From: Candidatus Cryptobacteroides sp.
GTDB taxonomy: Bacteria > Bacteroidota > Bacteroidia > Bacteroidales > UBA932
Length of the DNA stretch: 64,000 bases
Assembly (NCBI GenBank): GCA_045127685.1
Contig: JBGVQP010000043.1
Span: forward strand, 242-64,241
Reading direction: 5' to 3'
The translations under genes were made by a program, and so were the position numbers. This document shows, piece by piece, positions 1 through 8,429 of the stretch; position 1 is the first letter of the stretch, and each line of letters begins with the position of its first letter. The notes under the pieces are model-generated. The model saw nothing but the letters and a program-made list of their open reading frames with translations. It was not told where the DNA came from and did no database searches.

Positions 1-404
1 GGGTTCTGTCCCTTCTTTACAGGCTCAGCTTCAGCCTTGATTTCTGCAGGAAGCATGATCTGAACTTCGTGTGAGAAACCGAGTGACAGGATGAGCAACT
101 GGCCCTGCACGTCAACACGATAACCTACACCGACAAGCTCCTGACGGATAGTATAACCCGTAGAAACACCAGTAACCATGTTGTTGATCAAAGCACGGTA
201 AAGACCGTGAAGTGAACGGTGACGTGGCTGGTCAGTCGGACGGGTCAATTTGATTACATTTCCCTCTACAGTGACAGTGATGTCAGCGTCAACCTTCTGG
301 CTGAGCTCTCCGAGAGGTCCTTTAACCTTTACAACGTTACCTGGAAGCAACTCTACAGTCACTCCGGCAGGAAGGTTTACAGGCAATTTACCAATTCTTG
401 ACAT
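1..404 (-). CDS. rplF: 50S ribosomal protein L6, N-terminal part only (3' end runs off the window)
   Basis: Reverse-strand ATG at 404..402. My translation, MSRIGKLPVNLPAGVTVELLPGNVVKVKGPLGELSQKV..., is a typical L6 N-terminus. It lies directly downstream of rpsH, as in spc operons. It is absent from the ORF track because it is open at the window edge. Confidence 0.85.
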   Translation of the reverse strand, partial: MSRIGKLPVNLPAGVTVELLPGNVVKVKGPLGELSQKVDADITVTVEGNVIKLTRPTDQPRHRSLHGLYRALINNMVTGVSTGYTIRQELVGVGYRVDVQGQLLILSLGFSHEVQIMLPAEIKAEAEPVKKGQN

Positions 405-422
405 TATTCGTTCTGTTTTAGA

Positions 423-818
423 TTAATATACATAACATATAACCTCACCACCAACATTCAGCTCACGAGCCTCTTTGTCTGTGATGACACCCTTTGATGT
501 AGAAAGGATTGCGATACCGAGTCCGTTAAGAACGCGTGGCATGTTCTCTACATCAGTATATCTACGGAGACCTGGCTTAGACACACGCTCAATCTTCTTG
601 ATTGCGGCAGTCTTGGTCTGCGGATGATACTTGAGAGCGATTTTGATTGTGTTGAAAGGAGCGCCTTCAACTACCTTGTAGCTGAGGATGTATCCCTTCT
701 CGCAAAGGATCTTTGTGAGAGCAACCTTCATCTTTGATGATGGAATCTCAACGACCTTCTTTCCTGCAGCGTACGCGTTACGTACTCTGGTGAGGAAGTC
801 TGCAATTGGATCAGTCAT
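423..818 (-). CDS. rpsH: 30S ribosomal protein S8
   Basis: ORF 423..866 trimmed to the ATG at 818 ([15 protein letters not shown]..., the canonical S8 start). The track start at 866 is TTG. Confidence 0.95.
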   Translation of the reverse strand: MTDPIADFLTRVRNAYAAGKKVVEIPSSKMKVALTKILCEKGYILSYKVVEGAPFNTIKIALKYHPQTKTAAIKKIERVSKPGLRRYTDVENMPRVLNGLGIAILSTSKGVITDKEARELNVGGEVICYVY

Positions 819-925
819 TTCTTTAATTGTTTTTGTTGAAATCGGTGCATTGCACCCGATATCCAAATTGTTAATAAATAATAATGTATTGTTTCCGTCG
901 CACGACGGCTTTTTTCGGTTATATG

Positions 926-1195
926 TTACCAGCTTGCCTTCTTAACGCCTGGGATCAGACCGTTGCTTGCCATCTCACGGAACTGGATACGGCTGATGCC
1001 GAACATACGCATGTAACCCTTTGGACGTCCAGTGAGAGAACAGCGGTTGTGCATACGGCATGCAGCTGAGTTCTTAGGGAGCTTGTCGAGAGCAGCCCAG
1101 TCACCTGCTTCCTTGAGAGCCTGTCTCTTAGCGGCGTACTTTGCAACCAATTTCGCGCGTTTTACTTCGCGGGCTTTCATTGATTCTTTTGCCAT
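926..1195 (-). CDS. rpsN: 30S ribosomal protein S14
   Basis: 89 aa, [20 protein letters not shown]...[12 protein letters not shown]14 signature and operon position. Confidence 0.95.
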   Translation of the reverse strand: MAKESMKAREVKRAKLVAKYAAKRQALKEAGDWAALDKLPKNSAACRMHNRCSLTGRPKGYMRMFGISRIQFREMASNGLIPGVKKASW

Positions 1196-1210
1196 CTTGT
1201 TCTCGTTTAA

Positions 1211-1807
1211 TTAGTTGTTATTCTTTTTGAAAGGCAGACCGAATGCCTTGAGAAGCGCGTGAGCCTCTGCGTCGGTCTTAGCTGTAGTCACGAAAGTGAT
1301 CTCCATTCCGAGGATCTTGCTGATCTTGTCGATATCGATCTCAGGGAAGATGATCTGCTCCTTGATACCGAGAGTGTAGTTACCCTTTCCGTCCATCTTC
1401 TCAGAGATACCGTTGAAGTCTCTGATTCGTGGAAGAGAAACACGGATAAGTCTCTCAAGGAACTCATACATCTTCACGTCGCGAAGTGTAACCTTTGTTC
1501 CGATAGGCATACCTCTACGAAGTTTGAAGTTAGAGATATCCTTTCTTGAGTGAGTTACCACTGCCTTCTGGCCAGTGATGATAGAAAGCTCCTGTGCTGC
1601 TGTCTCTACAAGCTTCTTGTCGCCAGTTGCATCGCCTACACCCTCGTTGATAGTGATCTTGACGAGCTTAGGGCACTGCATCACTGTAGTATAACCGAAC
1701 TGCTTCATGAGCTCAGGAACGATCTGCTCCTTATATACGGTCTTAAGAGACGGTACGTATGTAGCAGGCACTGCCTGGGCTGCTGCTGTTGTATTCTTCT
1801 TTGCCAT
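1211..1807 (-). CDS. rplE: 50S ribosomal protein L5
   Basis: 198 aa with the L5 core (KITINEGVG...FRGMPIG-like region). The start overlaps the rplX stop (TAATG). Confidence 0.95.
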   Translation of the reverse strand: MAKKNTTAAAQAVPATYVPSLKTVYKEQIVPELMKQFGYTTVMQCPKLVKITINEGVGDATGDKKLVETAAQELSIITGQKAVVTHSRKDISNFKLRRGMPIGTKVTLRDVKMYEFLERLIRVSLPRIRDFNGISEKMDGKGNYTLGIKEQIIFPEIDIDKISKILGMEITFVTTAKTDAEAHALLKAFGLPFKKNNN

Positions 1808-2124
1808 TACTTAATCTCCTCTCCAGATTTTTTAGCATAACGTACGAGCTTGCCATCTACCACCTTGCGGCCGATCTTTGTAGGAGCTCCTGTCTTAGGA
1901 TCCACAACCTGAAGGTTTGAGATGTGAACGCCTGCTTCCTGTTTAACAATACCACCCTGAGGATGCTTAGGGCTTGGTTTAGTATGCTTGCTTACGATGT
2001 TTACTCCCTCAACGATAGCACGATCCTTTGATGGGATAACCTCAAGCACCTTACCGGTCTTTCCTTTGTCATTACCGGCGTTTACATAGACTGTGTCGCC
2101 TTTCTTGATATGTAACTTCTTCAT
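1807..2124 (-). CDS. rplX: 50S ribosomal protein L24
   Basis: 105 aa, [29 protein letters not shown] (KOW motif). Operon position. Confidence 0.95.
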   Translation of the reverse strand: MKKLHIKKGDTVYVNAGNDKGKTGKVLEVIPSKDRAIVEGVNIVSKHTKPSPKHPQGGIVKQEAGVHISNLQVVDPKTGAPTKIGRKVVDGKLVRYAKKSGEEIK

Positions 2125-2136
2125 GATGTCTGAAAA

Positions 2137-2502
2137 TTAAAGGACCTCTGGTGCCAGTGAAACAATCTTCATGTAGTTCTCGCGAAGCTCTCTTGCAACA
2201 GGGCCGAAGATACGAGTACCTTTAACCTCACCTGCATTGTTGAGAAGTACGCAAGCATTGTCATCGAAGCGGATGTAAGATCCATCTGCGCGACGGATTT
2301 CCTTCTTAGTGCGGACTACGACAGCCTTTGATACTGAGCCCTTCTTAGCGTCACCGCCAGGGATTGCGCTCTTTACTGCAACGACGATCTTGTCGCCCAC
2401 TCTAGCATAACGGCGGCGGGTACCACCCAGAACACGGATACAAAGAACCTCCTTTGCACCGCTGTTGTCTGCCACCTGTAAACGTGATTCCTGCTGTATC
2501 AT
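2137..2502 (-). CDS. rplN: 50S ribosomal protein L14
   Basis: 121 aa, [27 protein letters not shown], the canonical L14. Confidence 0.97.
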   Translation of the reverse strand: MIQQESRLQVADNSGAKEVLCIRVLGGTRRRYARVGDKIVVAVKSAIPGGDAKKGSVSKAVVVRTKKEIRRADGSYIRFDDNACVLLNNAGEVKGTRIFGPVARELRENYMKIVSLAPEVL

Positions 2503-2504
2503 TG

Positions 2505-2759
2505 TTACTTAACTTTTTCTACGATTTCTACTAATCTCCAGTTCTTTGTCTTGCTGAGCGGACGAGTCTCCATGATGCGTACTGTATCACCTACGCTGCA
2601 CTCGTTCTTCTCATCGTGAGCTACGAACTTTGTGGTCTTCTTTACGAACTTGCCGTACATAGGGTGTTTCTCTTTTCTTTCAACGGCAACTACGATAGAC
2701 TTGTCCATCTTGTTGCTGACCACAACACCTATTCTTTCTTTACGAAGATTTCTTTCCAT
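2505..2759 (-). CDS. rpsQ: 30S ribosomal protein S17
   Basis: 84 aa, [33 protein letters not shown], an S17 signature. Confidence 0.95.
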   Translation of the reverse strand: MERNLRKERIGVVVSNKMDKSIVVAVERKEKHPMYGKFVKKTTKFVAHDEKNECSVGDTVRIMETRPLSKTKNWRLVEIVEKVK

Positions 2760-2772
2760 GAGAATTCAATTT

Positions 2773-2967
2773 TTAGTTCTGTGACTCTTTTTCAGCAAGG
2801 ATAGTCATCATACGGGCGATGTCCCTTCTTGCCTTTGCAACTTTTGAAGTGTCCTCTAATGGAGAGATAGTGTGATTGATCTTCATAGTGTCGAGATTTG
2901 CCTTCTCGAGCTCGATACGCTCACGGATGTCAGCGACCGACATTTCACGAATTTCTGATGCTTTCAT
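2773..2967 (-). CDS. rpmC: 50S ribosomal protein L29
   Basis: 64 aa, helical and charged (MKASEIREMSVADIRERIELEK). Lies between rplP and rpsQ. Confidence 0.9.
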   Translation of the reverse strand: MKASEIREMSVADIRERIELEKANLDTMKINHTISPLEDTSKVAKARRDIARMMTILAEKESQN

Positions 2968-2984
2968 TGTCTTTCTCCATTAAA

Positions 2985-3404
2985 TTATTCTACATAATCT
3001 CTACGTACCACGAACTTCGTAGTCACAGGAAGTTTCTGAGCTCCCAGACGAAGTGCCTCTCTTGCGATATCGAGTGCAACACCCTCCACCTCAATGAGGA
3101 TACGACCTGGAGTCACAGGGCATACGAATCCCTCCGGATTACCCTTACCTTTACCCATACGAACTTCGGCCGGCTTCTTAGTGTAAGGCTTGTCAGGGAA
3201 GATTCTGATCCAGATCTTACCCTCACGCTTCATGTAACGTGATACAGCCTGACGTGCAGCCTCGATCTGACGGCCTGTAAGCCAGCAGTTCTCAAGGGTC
3301 TTGATGCCGAAAGAGCCAAATGCAAGCTGGTTTCCTCTCTGTGAGAGACCTTTCATGCGGCCTTTCTGCTGCCTTCTGAATTTTGTTTTCTTTGGTTGTA
3401 ACAT
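2985..3404 (-). CDS. rplP: 50S ribosomal protein L16
   Basis: 139 aa, [19 protein letters not shown]..., the canonical L16 N-terminus. Confidence 0.97.
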   Translation of the reverse strand: MLQPKKTKFRRQQKGRMKGLSQRGNQLAFGSFGIKTLENCWLTGRQIEAARQAVSRYMKREGKIWIRIFPDKPYTKKPAEVRMGKGKGNPEGFVCPVTPGRILIEVEGVALDIAREALRLGAQKLPVTTKFVVRRDYVE

Positions 3405-3492
3405 TGCTTTATTACTTTATAAATTTTTCGTAATTCCGTTAACTTATTGAGTATCAGCTGGTTGGGCAGAGTGGTCCTCAATTAACGGGTTG

Positions 3493-3500
3493 CAAAGGTA
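3493..3500 (-). promoter_or_regulatory. Bacteroidetes -7 box TACCTTTG (TAnnTTTG) upstream of rplP
   Basis: The reverse complement of caaaggta at 3493..3500 matches the TAnnTTTG consensus of Bacteroidetes primary-sigma promoters. It lies about 88 nt upstream of the rplP ATG. Confidence 0.5.
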
Positions 3501-3713
3501 GTAAAAATTTTTGAATTGCAAACACTTTTTGCAAAAATTTCACACATTTTCGACCGTAGTTTTTGAATGCTAAATAGCGTGTTTTCATGCAGTTAAGAAA
3601 CCTGTTGAAAAATTCTTTCGTTCATTTTGGACATTTGCATTTCGGGAGTAAATGACGACCGGATTTCTGCTCTTCTTATGTCGTTGCGGGCCCCTGGAAC
3701 GGTTATCGTTTAC

Positions 3714-4152
3714 TGTCCATGAAAAGAGGCAATTTGATGGACAGAAACAGATATTCCGGCACCCCATCCACAGAAAGGACCGTTTTCATGGACGGAGGGC
3801 AGACTTTGAAGGTCCCGTCCACAAAAAGGGGCAGTTTCGTTGATGAACCGGCATTTTTGTGAGCGCCGTCCACAAAATTGCGGGTTTTCGTGGACAGGCA
3901 AGGCATTTTGCTGTCACCATCCACGAAAAGGGGTGGTTTCATGGACGGAGGGCAGATTTTGAAGGTCCCGTCCACAAAAAGGGGAAGTTTCGTGGATGAA
4001 CCGGCATTTTTGTGAGCGCCGTCCACGAAATCGCTGGTTTTCGTGGACAGGCAAGGCATTTTGCCGTCACCATCCACGAAAAGGGGTGGTTTCATGGACG
4101 GAGGGCAGATTTTGAAGGTCCCGTCCACAAAATCGCGGGTTTTCGTGGATGG
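3714..4152. repeat. Array of 9 palindromic hairpin (REP-like) repeats, 51-bp period, 153-bp super-period
   Basis: Units start at 3714, 3764, 3815, 3866, 3917, 3968, 4019, 4070 and 4121. Consensus CCGTCCAYRAAA-N6-9-TTTYRTGGAYGG, for example ccgtccacgaaatcgctggttttcgtggacagg at 4019..4051. The inter-hairpin spacers are also repeated every 153 bp. Confidence 0.95.
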
Positions 4153-4281
4153 GACAAAGATTATTGGACGGAAAGGGTTGTCAGACAGGATAAAGTTAGT
4201 ATATTTGAGCGTCTATGAACGGGTTCTGTTCGGCAGGTCGAGGGGCAGACGGGATTGCAGGGACGCCAAAACACGACATAT

Positions 4282-5220
4282 ATGAAGAAGGATTATTGCG
4301 CTCTGAGTTTTTCGGAGAAAGAGAGGGATTGCGAAAGAACGTTTGAGGAGAACGGGCCATACTGGCACCTTTACACAGACGGGACCCGGATGCAGGACAT
4401 ATTCTGCTGCGAGGAGGATTTCGCAACAGGAATGTGGACACTTGCAGGAGCGGCACACCAGCAGAAAGATGTGCGGATTCTGACTTTCCAAATAATGAAT
4501 AATCACCTGCATAAGATATTAGCAGGAAGCAAGGAAGGCGGAATAGAAATGTTCGCATCGTTCGAAGCAAGGCTCCGGCGTTCTCTCGCAAAAACAGGCC
4601 GGGCTATAGACTGGAGCCGTTTCAAGATGGAGATTCTACCCATAAACGACCTGAAAGCGCTCCGTAACGAAATCATATATGTAAATCGTAACGCTTTTGT
4701 AGCCAATGCCGCGTACACCCCGGAATCTTACCCATGGGGCGGCGGATGCGCATATTTCAACGCATGGACGGGCCACCTGCGCACATCACGATTAGGCGAC
4801 CTGAAAGTTGCGACACAAAGAGAACTTCTACACTTGAGAGATGTTGCACCATACGCCGAACTGCGCGAAATCGACATGATGCCTTTCATTCCGTCCTTCT
4901 GCGACATACGGCTCGGTGAAAACATGTTCCGAGACGCACGCAGTTACTTCAATTCACTCACACGCAATGCAGAAGCATTCAGCCAGATAGCATCCCGGCT
5001 AAAGGACACCGTTTTTCTGACCGACGAAGAACTGTTCGCCGTGATGAGCGTATATATCAATAAGGAATACTCCATCAAGAGTTCCGCCCAGTTGAACGGA
5101 GAACAGAAAATCTCCGTCGCCCGTCATCTGCACTTTGGCTATAACGCCTCCAACCAGCAACTCAGGCGACTTCTTCGCCTGGACCCCACAATTCTGGAAG
5201 AACTTTTCCCGCAAGGATAG
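4282..5220 (+). CDS. REP-associated tyrosine transposase (RAYT)-like protein, IS200/IS605 Y1 HUH superfamily
   Basis: ORF 4255..5220 (TTG) trimmed to the ATG at 4282. It has an HUH-type motif, IMNNHLHKIL, and a downstream Tyr motif, EIIYVNRNAFVANAAYTPESYPWGG, resembling the RAYT YxxxNP...YPWSS region. It is flanked by hairpin repeats. No terminal inverted repeats of a classical IS were seen. Confidence 0.65.
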   Translation: MKKDYCALSFSEKERDCERTFEENGPYWHLYTDGTRMQDIFCCEEDFATGMWTLAGAAHQQKDVRILTFQIMNNHLHKILAGSKEGGIEMFASFEARLRRSLAKTGRAIDWSRFKMEILPINDLKALRNEIIYVNRNAFVANAAYTPESYPWGGGCAYFNAWTGHLRTSRLGDLKVATQRELLHLRDVAPYAELREIDMMPFIPSFCDIRLGENMFRDARSYFNSLTRNAEAFSQIASRLKDTVFLTDEELFAVMSVYINKEYSIKSSAQLNGEQKISVARHLHFGYNASNQQLRRLLRLDPTILEELFPQG

Positions 5221-5243
5221 TCCGGCCATCTTTCACTAGCGTC

Positions 5244-5428
5244 CCGTCCACAAAAAGGGCATGTTTCGTGGACGGAGATCGGGGATCGCGTGCTTCATCC
5301 ACAAAAAGAGCTGTTTTCATGGATGACAGGTGCATTCTGATAAGTCTGTCCACAAAAAGACACGATTTCGTGGACAGAAACAGAGGTTTGGGCAACCCGT
5401 CCACAGAAACTGGGGTTTTTATGGATGG
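5244..5428. repeat. Array of 4 hairpin (REP-like) repeats of the same family
   Basis: Units at 5244..5275, 5296..5335, 5346..5387 and 5397..5428, for example ccgtccacaaaaagggcatgtttcgtggacgg. Spacing is about 51 bp. Confidence 0.9.
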
Positions 5429-5464
5429 CGGGCCTATTTGATGAACACCACGAAATCGAATACA

Positions 5465-5983
5465 TTAATTTCGTTTCGACTCATCAATAAGCATGAATAT
5501 TTCAGAAAAGCGCTGATGAAGTTTTGTCCACTTGTTGGCTGCCATTGTATATGACAACGTGGACTTGTTTGTGTAAACAACCACTGTCGGTGCCTGATCT
5601 GCAGTCATCGCCGATTTGACCGCCTGATACGGGAAAGGGCAATCACAACGATGTGCCCAAAGTTTTTTATCTTTTTCTTTATAAATCGAAGCGACATCAT
5701 CACAAAGGAATCGCTTTCCATTAGAGACAAGGGCTACAGAGTCAACACGGACTAATGTCGTTTCATATATGGTCATCTTGACAGAGGCGGTATCCTTTGT
5801 CGAAAGATGCGTGATGTCATAACTAAGTTCTGCCTTACTGTCGGCAGAAGAAAACTGAATCGGGCGGATAAAATACAGATATCCCTCCGAACTATGGCGC
5901 ATAACATACATATCTTCTGTTTTTTGCGCAAACACAGAAGTAACCGATAAGATACAGAATACACCTACAAGAATTCGTTTCAT
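5465..5983 (-). CDS. hypothetical secreted protein
   Basis: ORF 5465..6025 trimmed to the ATG at 5983. Signal peptide MKRILVGVFCILSVTSVFAQ. No family recognised. Confidence 0.6.
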   Translation of the reverse strand: MKRILVGVFCILSVTSVFAQKTEDMYVMRHSSEGYLYFIRPIQFSSADSKAELSYDITHLSTKDTASVKMTIYETTLVRVDSVALVSNGKRFLCDDVASIYKEKDKKLWAHRCDCPFPYQAVKSAMTADQAPTVVVYTNKSTLSYTMAANKWTKLHQRFSEIFMLIDESKRN

Positions 5984-6051
5984 GGGAATAAAAAAGAGGG
6001 TGACTAAAAAGCCAAAACAACTCATTAGTCACCCTCTGATATGTTTAGAAA

Positions 6052-6363
6052 TTAGTTGCCGTATACGGTATAAGTTGTTGTAGTATAGAGACCGAGGATG
6101 CTCCAAACCTTCTTGTCAACATGGCTGATCTTAGTAATACCAGCATTCTTAGCAGCTTTCTGAACACCTGCATCACCAAGTGCTACAGCGCCGAGGTAAT
6201 TAACGATTGTTGCCTCACCAACCTTAGAACCGAGTGAGTTTGATGTTACCTGACTTGGCTCTACGGTATCATTGTAGAGCATACCAGAACCGAGAACACC
6301 ACAGCTTGACACACCCATAGTGAGTGCAAGCGCACATGCTACAGAGAAAAATAATCTTTTCAT
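6052..6363 (-). CDS. small lipoprotein, TRL-like family
   Basis: ORF trimmed to the ATG at 6363. MKRLFFSVACALALTMGVSSC lipobox. The Gly/Thr-rich body ending in TTTYTVYGN resembles Bacteroides TRL-like proteins. Confidence 0.6.
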   Translation of the reverse strand: MKRLFFSVACALALTMGVSSCGVLGSGMLYNDTVEPSQVTSNSLGSKVGEATIVNYLGAVALGDAGVQKAAKNAGITKISHVDKKVWSILGLYTTTTYTVYGN

Positions 6364-6395
6364 AATATAAATAATTAAGTGGTTTATAATGAGAG

Positions 6396-6403
6396 CAAAT
6401 ATA
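6396..6403 (-). promoter_or_regulatory. -7 box TATATTTG for the TRL-like gene
   Basis: The reverse complement of caaatata matches TAnnTTTG, 32 nt upstream of the ATG at 6363. Confidence 0.45.
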
Positions 6404-6514
6404 CTACACTCTTTCATAAAAACAAAAGTTTTGTGTTTTTTTATTCTCTATACCAAAACTTCAAACACCCCGCCTATCAGACCGAAGTGGGACATATATA
6501 TTCCTTAGATTGTG

Positions 6515-6522
6515 TATCTTTG
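6515..6522 (+). promoter_or_regulatory. -7 box TATCTTTG for the EamA-family gene
   Basis: tatctttg at 6515..6522, 20 nt upstream of the ATG at 6543. This argues against the track's TTG start at 6510. Confidence 0.5.
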
Positions 6523-6542
6523 CGTCTCAAAACTCACAAACT

Positions 6543-7514
6543 ATGTGGCTTATATTCGCATTCGTATCCGCGACTTTTCTCGGATTTTATGATACTTCAA
6601 AGAAGGCTGCCCTAAGGGACAACGCCGTGCTGCCGGTGCTATTTCTCAACACTGTGTTCTCTACACTGATATTCTCTCCGTTCCTGATAGACCACCTGAC
6701 AGGCGGCGCATGGTTTGGCGGCACCTCACTAGATACAACACCATTTGACTGCAGTAAACAAATATCTGACATCCAGAAATTCACTGCAATCAATAACTTA
6801 AGCGCTGTACACCCAAATCTGTGCGCCCACCTGCTTATGATCCTGAAGGCCTTCATCGTACTATCCTCATGGATTTTCGGATATTTCGGTCTGAAGCATC
6901 TGCCGCTGACTCTGGTGGGGCCTATCAACGCGACCCGTCCCGTACTGATACTTGTAGGAGCGATGCTGATCTTCGGAGAAAGACTGAACGCGTGGCAATG
7001 GACCGGAGTCCTGCTGGCGATACTTTCGATATATATGATGAGCCGGGCGGGAAAGAAGGAGAATATAGACTTCAAAAGCAACAAGTGGGTATGGTGCGTT
7101 GCCGGTGCAACAATCATGGGTGCAGTAAGCGGACTCTATGACAAGTACATCATGAAGTCGTTAAGTCCGATGTTCGTACAAAGCTGGTTCAACTTCTATC
7201 AAATGGTCATCATGTGCATAATCTGTGGCGCACTGTGGTATCCGAAACGCCACCAGAGCACTCCTTTCAGGTGGAACTGGGCCATTCCGCTCATATCCAT
7301 ATTCATCTGCATCGGCGACTTTGCATACTTCAAATCGCTTAATGACCCCGAATCAATGATTTCTGTTGTTTCGCTCGTGCGACGCAGTTCCGTGATTGTG
7401 TCATTCGCCTGCGCAGCCTTCATCTTCAAGGAGCGCAACCTGAAGGCCAAAGCCATAGACCTCGCCCTCGTCCTTCTCGGAATGGCATTCATATGGATAG
7501 GAACGGTAAAATGA
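6543..7514 (+). CDS. EamA/DMT-superfamily membrane transporter
   Basis: About 10 predicted TM helices with a two-half repeat architecture. N-terminus MWLIFAFVSATFLGFYDTSKK is typical of EamA-like proteins. Confidence 0.7.
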   Translation: MWLIFAFVSATFLGFYDTSKKAALRDNAVLPVLFLNTVFSTLIFSPFLIDHLTGGAWFGGTSLDTTPFDCSKQISDIQKFTAINNLSAVHPNLCAHLLMILKAFIVLSSWIFGYFGLKHLPLTLVGPINATRPVLILVGAMLIFGERLNAWQWTGVLLAILSIYMMSRAGKKENIDFKSNKWVWCVAGATIMGAVSGLYDKYIMKSLSPMFVQSWFNFYQMVIMCIICGALWYPKRHQSTPFRWNWAIPLISIFICIGDFAYFKSLNDPESMISVVSLVRRSSVIVSFACAAFIFKERNLKAKAIDLALVLLGMAFIWIGTVK

Positions 7515-7515
7515 T

Positions 7516-7523
7516 TATATTTG
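7516..7523 (+). promoter_or_regulatory. -7 box TATATTTG for rsmA
   Basis: tatatttg at 7516..7523, 22 nt upstream of the rsmA ATG. Confidence 0.45.
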
Positions 7524-7545
7524 CGCCGTTCATATATAATATAGT

Positions 7546-8427
7546 ATGGAAGTAAGAGCAAAAAAGGCCCTGGGCCAGCACTTTTTGACGGACCTGTCAA
7601 TCGCACAGAGGATTGCAGATGCATTGCTGGTTCCCAGCCATGACGAAAAAGAAGGGCTTCACGGAGCAGCTGATCCGGTACCACAGGCATACATGGAGAC
7701 ATTGAAAAACCAGCCGAATCCCCTGCCGGCACTGGAAATCGGCCCAGGCATGGGCGTTCTGACACAGTATCTGCTGCAAAGACCGGAAGTGGATTTGAGA
7801 ATGGTGGAGATCGACACGGAATCTGTAAACTATCTTCTGGTGCATTTCCCTCAGGTGCAGGGAAAACTGATGGAGGCAGACTTCCTGAAGCTCAAGCTGG
7901 AGAGATTCTTCAGCGGACAGTTCGCTGTTGTAGGAAACTTCCCTTACAACATATCCTCGCAGATTTTCTTCAAGATACTTGACTATAAGGAACAGGTGCC
8001 GCAGGTGGTGTGCATGATCCAGAAGGAGGTAGCTGAGCGTATCGCTGAAAAGCCGGGCACAAAGACATACGGCATCCTGTCGGTGCTGCTGCAGGCGTGG
8101 TATGATATCGAATATCTTTTCACTGTCGGTGAAGGAGCATTCAACCCGCCGCCAAAAGTAAAGTCTGCTGTCATCAGACTTGTACGCAACTCCCGTACTG
8201 AACTGGGATGCGACGAGGCATTGTTCAAGACAGTCGTAAAGACCGGATTCAACCAGAGGCGAAAGACCCTGCGCAACTCTCTCAAGCCGCTTATCCGCGC
8301 AAAGGCAGACCGCGAGGGATGGTCGGAAGAGCAACTGGCGGAATTTGTAGCAGATCCGGTGTTCGAACTTCGCCCTGAGCGCCTCAGCGTGGAAGACTTC
8401 ATTGCATTGACATTAAAATTAGCATAA
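7546..8427 (+). CDS. rsmA: 16S rRNA (adenine1518/1519-N6)-dimethyltransferase
   Basis: KKALGQHFL motif, SAM-binding [22 protein letters not shown], and the [14 protein letters not shown] and [12 protein letters not shown] motifs of KsgA. Confidence 0.93.
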   Translation: MEVRAKKALGQHFLTDLSIAQRIADALLVPSHDEKEGLHGAADPVPQAYMETLKNQPNPLPALEIGPGMGVLTQYLLQRPEVDLRMVEIDTESVNYLLVHFPQVQGKLMEADFLKLKLERFFSGQFAVVGNFPYNISSQIFFKILDYKEQVPQVVCMIQKEVAERIAEKPGTKTYGILSVLLQAWYDIEYLFTVGEGAFNPPPKVKSAVIRLVRNSRTELGCDEALFKTVVKTGFNQRRKTLRNSLKPLIRAKADREGWSEEQLAEFVADPVFELRPERLSVEDFIALTLKLA

Positions 8428-8429
8428 AT

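Larger units (their letters stand above)
3714..5428 (+). mobile_element. REPtron-like locus: RAYT-like Y1 transposase gene flanked by hairpin-repeat arrays
   Basis: Nine hairpin repeats lie upstream (3714..4152) and four downstream (5244..5428) of the HUH/Tyr transposase-like CDS at 4282..5220. Confidence 0.65.

Noticed and set aside
3703-4128. 141-aa minus-strand ORF (and the overlapping 60-80-aa ORFs on both strands at 3585..4285) with the repetitive peptide pattern ...PLFVDGTFKICPPSMKPPLFVDG...
   Set aside because: The periodic peptide is simply the translation of the 51/153-bp hairpin repeats. The period is divisible by 3, which keeps frames open. There is no credible start context, and the same pseudo-peptide appears in several frames and at 5162..5404 and 35230..35502.
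3714-4152. Possible CRISPR array, given regularly spaced ~32-nt palindromic repeats with ~19-nt intervening segments
   Set aside because: The intervening segments are themselves repeated every 153 bp and are far too short for spacers. The repeat units vary, no cas genes or leader are nearby, and the adjacent gene is a Y1 transposase-like protein. It is a REP/BIME-like array, not a CRISPR.
7199-7765. 188-aa minus-strand ORF bridging the EamA 3' end and the rsmA 5' end
   Set aside because: It is antisense to two well-supported genes and crosses their intergenic promoter. The composition is Pro/Arg/Ser-rich and no motif is present.
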